In this document: one piece after another, positions 54,159 to 64,000 of the stretch
Layout of the letters: each line of letters begins with the position of its first letter
How positions within the stretch are numbered: the stretch's first letter is position 1
Source: Amoebophrya sp. A120
Taxonomy: Eukaryota; Protista; Dinoflagellata
Assembly (NCBI GenBank): GCA_905178155.1
Contig: CAJINV010000004.1
Span: forward strand, 3,947,555-4,011,554
Length of the DNA: 64,000 nucleotides
Direction of reading: 5' to 3'
Made by a program: the position numbers and the translations under genes
Notes under the pieces: generated by a model
What the model was told of the DNA's origin: nothing
What the model saw: the letters and a program-made list of their open reading frames with translations, nothing else
Database searches by the model: none

Positions 54159-57100
54159 ATGGGTCGGCGTAAGAAAACCAAGGCCGAGGAGGAGGCGGAG
54201 GCCAAGGCGAAAGCGGAAAACGAGAATGCGAGTCAGCTGGAGAAGCTGAAGCAGTTCCTGGTATGCGTTGCAAAAGCTGCCTCGTTGTACCTACGGAGTA
54301 ATTCTTGCATCACAAATCTCTTTTGATGTGTCAAAAAAGAAGTTTGTCAGGCACATGCTGGAACAAAAGCAAAACGTATGAGAAATTGAGAATGCATGAT
54401 TGCAAGTACTACGACTACGAGTACTACAGCACAACTTTTGCAAAGGATACCTCGCCGACATCAACAAAACGCCGGAGGAATTGGAGCGGCGCAAGCGCGA
54501 CGAGGAAGACCCGCTGATTTCTGATGCGAGCGACGAGCCGACCGACTACGAGTCCCCGGGCACGCCCCCGAAGGTGCCCACCCCCGAGGGGCTCAGCGAA
54601 GATGAGTACTACAAGATCTACCGGCAGCGCCGGATCGACGCGGCGCAGCGGCTGCAGCGGCGCGCCCGCCGGGCGGCGAAAAAGAAGATCCGGAAGACCA
54701 CGATCGAGTGCCTGGAATGGCAGCTTGGCTTCAGCGACAACTTTTGCGAGCTCGCGGCTTCGCGGCTGAATAGCCCCATTTTGCGACACTACAAGAAGTC
54801 GAAGATCCGGAAGTGCGAGGCCTTTCTGATCCAGGACGTGGAACTGCTGCGAAAACCGAGGTTGGAAGTGAAAAACGCGTTTCCGAAAACCTTCAACATG
54901 GAAATGACGTGGAACGACCTGCACGAGATTGTGTTGGAGTTGACGAAGCCGAAAGAGACCGAGGAGCAGAAGAAGAAGCGGCAGGGCGTGATGGGCCCCA
55001 AGGGGCTGACCACCATGGACGACTTTCTCGACGGCGCCGTCGCCGAGGAACCCACGACAGACGAGGAGGAGCTGGCCAAGCGCAAGCAGGCACTGAAGGA
55101 AAAAGCGGAGCGGCAGGCCGAGCTGGCGAAGAAGCGGTTAGATTTAGAAAAGGAGCGGCAGTCCACGACCAGTGCTCCCGCCGGAGGCGGTCAACATGGG
55201 GGGCTGCAGCAAGGGAGTGCGAGTGGTTCTACTTCTCGCGCTGGCACAGGAAGTAGAGGAGCTGCGAATAAACTCCGCCAAGCGGTCGGACAAAAGTTGT
55301 TCACAATTCGAAAATTCTCCGCCGGCGGCCGGGTGGCGACCCCCTTACCGGGACTCGGACCACAGGCTGCCAGTGGTCCTCTTGGAGCAGATATGAACAC
55401 CATCAGGTCTCCTGTTGAACATCAAGATTCCACTGCTGGCATCGACGACAAGCAGGCCAAGGAAGAGCGCGAACACCTAAAAACTGCGGTTTTCGGGGCG
55501 AGCGCGGTAAAGAAAAAGAAAACGTACAAGGCCCTCGCCAGTGCTATGACAATGCACACGAACTCCCCCTCCCCCTCATTTGTATAGCATGAACGGCAAT
55601 ACAAACATCAGCAAGAATGCCGGTTTTGCATGACAAATCTGCACTGGATTGTAGTGCTCCTCGGGCTCCTTCTAGGATTTGTCATGCAAACATTGCTACA
55701 AGGCAGCAGCTGGATTTGGGATTTTGCATTACAAATGAGGGTGAGGGGGAGTTGTGCACTTTCATAAGTGCGAAGCGGAGAGTAGCGAAGATAACGAAAA
55801 CCAAAAATGGCGAGGAACAAACGCCGTCGGTCGTGACCGGCGCGTCGGAGGTAGAGGGTGATATGCTCTCGGTTCGGGACGTGGACGCTTTGGTGGGCGG
55901 AACAGAATCTTCTTCGCACCCACACCAGCAGAGCCGCGCCTTGATTGACGAAGGGGCGGAGGCGGGCGACGAGTCAGACGATAGTAGAGACGAGGAGGAA
56001 GACGAATCTGATTATGAGGGCAGCTTGGAACAAGACGGTGGCCAGGGGATGTTGACTGCAGATCATCCCCCGCGTCCGGCCAGCAAAAAGATGGGCCGTC
56101 GGCATCGGCAAATCGAGCACGACCTGGCCGAAGCGGTGCATCTCGGGGGCGAGATCGCGCGGAAGCTCGAGGGTGAAGACCAGAGGGACGACGAGGCCTT
56201 GCTAGCATCAGGTACTACAACTGCCAAGGTAGTAGTTCCGTCTCTCGACCTGGGGAAAGTTGCAGCTGCAACTACCGTTGGAGCTACCGACGCAGTCGTC
56301 CCAAGAGCAGTAGATGAAGCGGAGCAAGAAGGGGGCCCAGCAGCACAAAAAGAGCTCAGTCCGGCCGAGAAGAAGAAGGCCAGGAAGGAGGAGAAGGCTG
56401 CGAAAGCGAAGGCGCAGCGGGAACTGCGCGCTGCCGAAAGAGAAAGTACTAGAGCGGCAGTAGTAGACGCAGGTGAGGACAACTACACGAAAGCGAAGGT
56501 AGAGCCGACGCTAACATCAATTGGTGAACAGCCAGAGCATCAAGAGGAGATGAAGAGTGGATCATATCAACCACAAGGCGATGAACAGGACGACTCTGGT
56601 ACTTCTTCACCCTCCGCAAAAATAAACCCAACGCTTTCTTTCTACGAGCAGATGAAGTTGGAGCGCGAACAGGCCGACCGACAAGCGGCCGAGGACGAGG
56701 CGCGGGCCCGGGCCGCCGCCGCCGCGGCGCACAGCAGGAAAAAGAAGGATTTTAGTTCCGGTGCGGCCGCCGCCGCCGAGCAGATGGAGCAGGAGCGGTT
56801 AGTCAACGCGAAAATCGCCGAGGAGCAGCGCGTGGAGAACGATATCCACAGGAAATTTCCCGTACACGTACAAATGCAGTCTCCGCATGACAAAACTAGG
56901 GTCTGATCCTAGTTTAGCATGGCAAATCTTTACACTTCAAATTGGTGAAATTTGTAATGCATTTTCTACATATGCGGGAAATTTGTGTTGCATAAACGAC
57001 AAGAAAAAGCGCCAGGCGGAGGTGGAGGCCGCGCAACAGCGGATCTTCGAGGTGGAAGAGCGGCACCGCATCGCGGTGGAACGCGAGACCAAGCGGAAGG

Positions 57101-60100
57101 AATTGATACGGTTGGAGGAGGAGAAAATCCTTGCTGAGGAGCGGCGACTGGCCGCGGAAATCCGGTTCGAACAAGAGGAACTGGCCAAAGAGGAGGCGCG
57201 GCGGAAGAAATACGAGGAAGAGATGAACTACGAATGGTCGCGGATGCTTTTGAATGACTTTGACTTCGACCGGGCGTGTCTCGCGGCGGAGAAGCGCGCC
57301 GCATTCGAGGCGCAGATGCGCGCCGAGGCAGAGAATCAGCGCCGGATCGCCGAGGAGCGGGCGCGGATCGAGGAGGAGACAAAGAAGGAAAAAGCCCGGC
57401 TGGAAAAAATGCGCGAGGAGGCCAAGAAGGCCGAGGTCGAGCGCCAGCAGGCCGCGCGGTGGGAAAAACGGGAGGCGGTGGAGCGCGAGATGGCGCGGCA
57501 GAGCCAGCTGCTGTTGGAATCGGTCCGGGGGAAGCCCGAACCGGAGGAGGAACGGACGCCCCGGGAGCTGCAAGACATTCTGGAGGGGAAAGAGGTTAGT
57601 ATTACTCCGCGAGACGTGTATGGGGAAGTGAAAATCGAGGTGGACCACGTAGAGGGTACTAAAGATAAATCTGTAGTCGCAGAAGATGGAGAGCTGGTGC
57701 CACAGGACGGGTCTGGGTCGCGCCCGGCATCGTCCTCGCAAGGGTCCGACAAGAAGCGGCCGCGGTCGCGGCAGAGTAGCTCGCGCCCGTCAACCCGGTC
57801 GTCAAACAAAACAACCTCCTCGCGCCGGTCCGCGGCGGGGTTGGGCGCCGAAGGAGTGGGAGGACTACTAGGAACCGGGGGGGAAGAAGTAGGGGTCCCT
57901 GCGTCCGCAACAGGAGGCACATTTGTTCCACAGGAGCAGCCAGGAGGTACCGAGCAAGAGGTTGTGCCTTCCGAACAAACCCGAGCTAGCACTTCTGCTT
58001 CGGCACCTCCAAGAGACGGCCTACTTGCAGGTACAACTAGTGGTGACCCTATTTCCGCATCCGCTTTTGCCCAAGACCAGCACATCAGAGTCGAAAGTAG
58101 AACTACCGAGGATCAACATTCCATGCCCGGGTTGCTCCCATCCGCATCCACACAAGAACAGCAAGTTCTACACGAAGAGCAGCTTCAAGCGGACGACACG
58201 CGGACCGTGACGGACAGCGTGCTTTCCGCGCGCGGGCTGGACACCGCGACGATCACGAGCACGCCGCGGATGCCCAGCGCCCGTGACGGCCGCCACGTAA
58301 TGGAGAAAGACAGTAGTGTCCCGGGGTCCAGCGCCGTCTCCATGTCGGAATCGGAGACGGTGCTCCGCGGCAAGGCGGCGGGGACGCCGAGGGAACCAAC
58401 GGCGTTCGCGGGAGCTATGGAGTTCTCAAGCGCTACATTGTCAGTTGTCACATGATTTGTCAGTAACTACGTGATCAATCTGCTTCGCATGAAGATGTGG
58501 ACCTATGTATCGGTCAAACCACAACCACGACCACACTAATCGGTGAGAAGTTCTTAGCAACTCAGCATGACCATGAACATGATGAGATTTTTGAGAGCGC
58601 AGCAACGCTTTCAAGGCAGCGAAGACATTCTTCACGGAATGACTAGCACACCAAAACACGAACATCAGCAGGCCCCTGATTATCCTAGTCATGCGCCTCA
58701 CATCAATAATCTAGTCTTGAACTACTGCCAAGAAACCAATCACGATCTCACCTTTACAGCGCCGGCGTTCAGAGTTCGGGACTACACATAAACAAATTCG
58801 CGAATGGCATCAAAACAGCCTGGCAAGAACCTGCGTCTGATTTGTAATGCGAGAGGTGCAAGTAGAACCTCACCCCTTTTCTTTTTGGTACCCTTGCGTC
58901 ACAAATTCGTGTACCATTTGAGAATGTAACGCTTGAGAATTCCATAGGCCCGGGCACGAGCTCCGCCGACTCGGACAGTGTGGCGCATCAATCCGCCACG
59001 GAATCCGAGGGGGGCGCGGGGAAAACGAAGAAAGCGAAGAGAACACCCCGGCTGAGTGCGAAGCACGCGCCAATCCCGGAGGAAATGACCGCGCAGCTCG
59101 ACCAGGATGCCGAGGAAGCCGCGACAAAGGCGCGGCTGATGAAGGAGCAGCTGATGGAGAAGCGGCGGCGCGAGGCGGAGGAAAACGGGCTGCCGCCGCC
59201 GCGGGAAGAGGACCTGGATTTTGACGCCTTGGACGAGGAGGAGGAAGACGAGGAGGGGCTGGATACGGACATTGAGGACCGAGAGTTTGTATTGCAAGGA
59301 AAAATCCCCCCTCCCCATATTGAAAACGAGCCCTCCTGAAAATTTGTGATGCACATTTGTGACCACAAATGCAAATCCGCTCTGTCTTGCAAGAAGGCAG
59401 ATCTAGGCTGTCCGCCGCGTTATGTAGGCGATTTGTAATGCCATAAGGCCTACAGGGCAGACGTCTGCCATGCTAGGCGCCTACAGCAGGAGGCCCCTGC
59501 CTTGGCTTGCGATCTGCGTGCAGTGCTCTACTGCAAGACAAATTTGATTTATGTACAGAAATCCCGCATCACAGATTTCCGTTTTGGTATGGGGAGGGGG
59601 GATTTTTCGTTTTGATAGTTCGTCGACTTTCACGACTGGACGCCGAAATCTTCCATGTTTGACACGGAATCCGAGGAAGACTTCCAGCAGGACCGGGCTA
59701 TGAGAGTGCACAACCCCCCCTCCCTCTCATTTGTATAGCAAGAACAGCAATACGAACACCAGCGCACGTGGAGCCACTGCATGACAAATTTTTTGTGTGC
59801 CTAGTGTAGTACTGTTTGGGGTTCATCCGGAATTTGTCATGCAAACAGTGCCACAAGGCAGCGACTGGATTTGGGGTTTTGCATGACAAATGAGGGGGCG
59901 AAGGGGAGTTGTGCACTGTCATACGGGCGGACCTACAGGTAATCAACGACAAGGAGGTGAAGAAGGCCCGCGAGGCGGAGGACCGCGCGGAGCGCATGGG
60001 CAAGACAGTGGAGCGCATGGAGACGCCGCGCACGCCCGAACCCGTGGAGATCGACGTGCTGAACTTTGATCTGGAGTTTGGCACCGCCAAGCCCGGCACC

Positions 60101-61698
60101 GAGTTACGGTTGAAAGTCGCGGAGCGGAAACAGGACCGCCTGGAGCGGAAAACCACGGCAAACATCCGCAAGTCGGTGAGTATGAAGTACGAAAAGGACC
60201 GCTACGAAGAGTACAAGCCGGAAGACCCGAGCACGAAAAAATCCGACATGTTTGGCTCCCCCACGGCGGAAATCAAGGGCTGGCTGAAAGTGCAGAAGAT
60301 GTTTAAGTTCATGGTGGAACTGAAGCACAAAGTAGAAGAACTCCGGTTGGAACGCATGACCCCGGACCAGGTGCACGCTTCTGACGAAAAGGGGAAGTAC
60401 TTTAACTTCTTCCAGCCGGTCCCCTTCCAACTGCCGGAAGATATTCAGTACCGAATCACGAGTACGGGGGAAAAGCGCCGCGTCAAGCTGCCGGAGGAGA
60501 AAATCCGGCTCCGGCAAATCAGCGCGTGCAATGCGGACGAGCGGCTGCGGTACGTGATGAAGAAGCCGGACGCGATCAGTTGGATCTCCATGGTGTACGA
60601 GTGCACGTTTGCGTTTTCGTTCGAAAAAACGATGATGCAGGAAGTGGACCGTGCGATGCAGCGCATGAACCTGGAGCGCGAGCGGCTCGAGGAACTGCAC
60701 ATGAAGTGGCTGACTTTGTTGATCAAGTCGAAATTTGAAAACGGCGAAAAGTCGCCGATGACGAAGGAACTGCAAAAGATGGTGGACCACCTGCGCGAGA
60801 AGCACGAGAGTTGGCGGCCGGAGGAGTCGCTGGAGCGGAACTTCCGGGATGGGGTGAGGTTTATCCAGGGCGTACGGGATGACCCGGAGTTGTGGCGGAT
60901 TTTGATCTATGGATTGCAAATGTGTCTGGGTCTGGGAGGATGCAGCTTGTCATGCCAAATCTGAACGATGCAAAAAATCTGTGTTGCATAATAAATTACC
61001 AACAGCCGACGCTTTTTTCAACAAGTTGAGAGGCAGTTTCTCATGCATGATAGGCATGATAGGGATCCCACAGAATCTGTCATGCTAGTGACTGCATTTC
61101 AGACCTCATGGGTCATGGAAACTGGCATGACAAATCTTGTATCCTTCCAGACCCAGACATATTTGCATTTGATATGATCAAACACCGATCCTTCACCGAC
61201 GAGGAGCTGGAAGTGGATTATCTATTTCCCGACCGGCTCGTCGTGGAGATTCTCGACCCCTTGCGGGTCACACCGGCGAAGTACCAAATGCTGATCAGCA
61301 CGAGCATGTACAACGGAAAATTCTTCATGAAGGAGGAGGAGGCGAAGCAGCAAATCGTGTACCAACTGCGCCCAGAGCCGCTGTCCACGGTGTTGGCCGG
61401 CTACGCGGTGAGGAAGTACAAGTCGGAGGACGACCTGCGAAGGGAACGCATGGTCAAGCAGCGCCGGCGAAACCAGCGGAAGGTCGACCACGATTTCCAG
61501 AACCAGCTGCGGCTGCAGGAGGGCCTCGACATGCTGCCCACGCCGCTCAACACGCCGAGTGAGCCCGACGTGCAGCCGGAGGAGGGTCCACAGATGATCA
61601 GCATGCAGTTGCCCGGGGTGCAAAAGGAGGTCATGATAGAAGTCGAGGACGAAAACAAAATAGTAGAACCAGGCGGAGGGGGGGAAGCAGCGACGTGA
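54159..61698 (+). CDS. very large coiled-coil/charged hypothetical protein; 7 introners
   Basis: Long ORFs join in frame after excising elements at 54262, 55545, 56843, 58416, 59290, 59699 and 60908. Confidence 0.7.
54262..54449. mobile_element. introner, B-like
   Basis: TATGCGTTGCAAAAG / CTTTTGCAAAGGATA; DR CCTGG/CCTCG. Confidence 0.78.
55545..55766. mobile_element. introner, family D
   Basis: D-type TIR; DR AGTGC. Confidence 0.88.
56843..56994. mobile_element. introner, family H
   Basis: H-type TIR; DR AACGA. Confidence 0.86.
58416..58946. mobile_element. introner, family E (long)
   Basis: TATGGAGTTCTCAAGCGCTACATT / AATGTAACGCTTGAGAATTCCATA; DR GGAGC/GGCCC. Confidence 0.82.
59290..59617. 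mobile_element. introner, family J
   Basis: GAAAAATCCCCCCTCCCCATA / TATGGGGAGGGGGGATTTTTC TIR; DR GTTTG/GTTCG. Confidence 0.82.
59699..59923. mobile_element. introner, family D
   Basis: D-type TIR; DR CGGGC. Confidence 0.88.
60908..61174. mobile_element. introner, family A
   Basis: A-type TIR; DR TGATC. Confidence 0.9.
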
Positions 61699-62569
61699 AC
61701 GGGAGGACAAGTATAGTTCCAGTTCGGCGAACATATGATAGTCATTTTTCGATCATCCTCAACATCCATATCTGGTTGTACGACTTCAATTGGTTAAATT
61801 TCGGGTTTTGTATCTACATAAAAGTAGAAGTACAGTATCTCTGTCTAAGTATAAGTAAAATACTAGAAATCCTTTTGCTTTTACCTATTTCATGCCTTGT
61901 TCTGTACAGACAAAATGTACCCCATTCCATGTCGAGCAAACGTGAAATTGGTTTCTTTATTCCAAAGTAACAAGTTAGTAGTGTCCGGCGTGGTGGTCTC
62001 CTGCCGTTTGCGTCACAAAAAAATAAATTGGATGCAATACTACCATTCCATGGTAGGGTGTTCGAATTGAAATTTTTCCACCATGCAGAAGATCCAGCGT
62101 GTGGACTACAGTGATCCTTCACTTATTATCAATTTGAAGTTGATAGAAAATCGTCATATATGAATGTTACGAACTTCATCTTCTTCGCCAACCACGTACA
62201 ACTACGGCAGAGTGATTCTAGGTCGACAACTCTGGTCCTTTGCATGAAGATCCATCGATCCGCATAGTACCTCCGTGTCCGTGTACGCTCTTATAGAAGT
62301 ATGTAGGCATCTTCTGTCCACCTTGTTGTCTGCGCGATGTAGTCTCTGTCAACCGGCGACCGCTCCTCTTTCAGTTTCAGGAAAAGCAGCTCGAGTTGAA
62401 ATATGGAGGGACCATCGAATGATCATTTCACCACTACTGGCGGAAAAAATAGCACGTAGCCTCATCTCTTGGCTCTCGAAAACTTCTTCACTCAGCAACA
62501 AGTGAAATTGAACCGCTTTCCCTCTTGTCTTCCGTGGTCTTCAAGTGTGAAAAAGGAAAAACCAGAAAG

Positions 62570-63504
62570 ATGTTTATCGCCAAGGAGCGTCGTTTCTGCA
62601 AGCCCCTGCTGGAACAGCTTGGGAGGCAAAGATCAGCATGCGGAGCGCCGGCAGTTCCAGGACTGCAGGCAGAGCAAATGTGGATGCGTTTACCAAGCGC
62701 GCCGCGACCACGTGGCAGTAGTCTACGAACAGCACGGGGGATGAATCAACATCAAAGCTATGGGACCACGAGAAGTAGTACCTGCAGCAGACGAGTAGTA
62801 GATCATGCGTCTTTACTGACGAGCTCCGCAAGAACATACTCCACGTTCCTTGCAGCTACGCGCCGATCTTCCAGTTTTCCCAGTCTTGATGTTTCCTCGA
62901 CCACGAGTAATAGATTGGGATTGGCAATTACAGGTATAATTGCAGCAACTCCAACTACCACGCTACCGCTAGTACCAGAAAACGAACCACATCAACAGCC
63001 ACAAAAACGTCGTAGCTTTGCCTCCGCTTCTCGCAAGGACGTGGGGGACGGCGAGGGGGAGAGCAAGCGGATGTCGGAGACGGAATTTCATTCCCTGGCG
63101 GACGACGCGTTGAATGCGTGTTTGGATTTAATCGAGGACCGGAACATCGACGAACAGATCGAGGTATCCTGTGCAAAAGTATCGTACTCGTAGTAATTGC
63201 TTTCATGCATGACAAATATCCCTTTTTGGCTGAATCAGCATGACAAATTCCATTTTCCCTTATGCAAAAACTTGTGATGCGATTTATACTAGTACGATAC
63301 TTTTGCAATGCATACGAGGACTACGACTTGGCGGACGGGGTGCTCAAGATCGTGGTCACCGCGAAGGACCAAATTGTGGTGAACAAGCACAACGCCACGC
63401 AGCAGATCTGGTATTCCAGTCCTTGCGGCGCGCAGTACTTCGACGCGCCGTATGGGGAGCTGGTCGGGGCGCTGGAAAAGGACTTGGGGGAACTGCTGCC
63501 TTGA
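62570..63504 (+). CDS. FXN: frataxin/CyaY family protein with a Ser/Thr/Arg-rich transit-like N-terminus
   Basis: SETEFHSLADDAL...EDYDLADGVLKI...IVVNKHNATQQIWYSSPCGAQYFD. One introner, 63165-63314. Start codon uncertain (62570 or 62678). Confidence 0.88.
63165..63314. mobile_element. introner, family B, in frataxin
   Basis: B-type TIR; DR CGAGG. Confidence 0.9.
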
Positions 63505-64000
63505 CAAGTAGGGCGAGCGTTTTGAACAAAAAATGACTTCTATATTGTTGACTCAGAAGAAGAAGATTACTCTAAGCGACTGCGTATCTCTTTGCGTTCT
63601 TTCATATTCGTATGAAAAGGCGACGATGTCGCGCAACGCGAAAATTGATGAAGCTGCGACCTACAACGGACGTGCGTAGTAGTCGCGCTTTTGGTGTCAG
63701 TGTCTTCCACTCGACGCTGTTTCCTTCGATGTGGTCTGGGAATTGTTGTTCAGCCACTGTGGTCAATACCGAGCCAAATTTCTCCAGTCAATCGGCAAGC
63801 GAAGGGCCGAGCTATCTCACAAGCGGGACAAAGTGCCGCGCATTCGCGGCGCCATGGCCATTGGTAGCCTCGTGGGCGTTCGCTTGGGCGGTAGTCCCAA
63901 GGGGGAGGGGCGCGAGGCGGGCAACGGGACCCCGAAGCCGCCGCAGTCGCGTGCGAAAGCACAGGCCCGCCTGCTCTGTGTTGCTTGGCGCCCCGGCGCT

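Noticed and set aside
56914-58085. Long minus-strand ORFs opposite large genes (also 60104-60919, 30540-31358)
   Set aside because: Antisense shadows of GC-rich plus-strand CDS.

Overview
Eukaryotic, intron-rich genomic DNA, not prokaryotic. About 12 protein-coding genes all lie on the + strand. Recognisable ones are methionine aminopeptidase 2, an SR-like two-RRM protein, an ADAT1/ADAR-type deaminase, a myristoylated EF-hand protein, a calpain-family protease and frataxin; the rest are unknown. The dominant feature is about 54 short elements (mostly 110-530 bp; two of 1.5-1.6 kb) with terminal inverted repeats beginning TAT and ending ATA, nearly all flanked by a 5-bp direct repeat. Most sit inside coding sequence, and removing the element plus one repeat copy restores the reading frame, so they behave as non-canonical, transposon-derived introns (introners). 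This, with unidirectional gene order, matches what is known for the parasitic dinoflagellate Amoebophrya (taxonomy is inferred). Beyond the known picture, the window shows: a TTGT(C/G/A)ATGC motif shared by unrelated introner families, often at a fixed distance from the ends; interchangeable terminal variants; two filled-versus-empty insertion-site pairs; an introner converted to a GT-AG intron; a retroelement-like insert nested in an introner; a complex rearrangement that introner ends could mask; and nested satellite/foldback TIR elements. All coordinates and alignments were read by eye. Family letters are my own labels.
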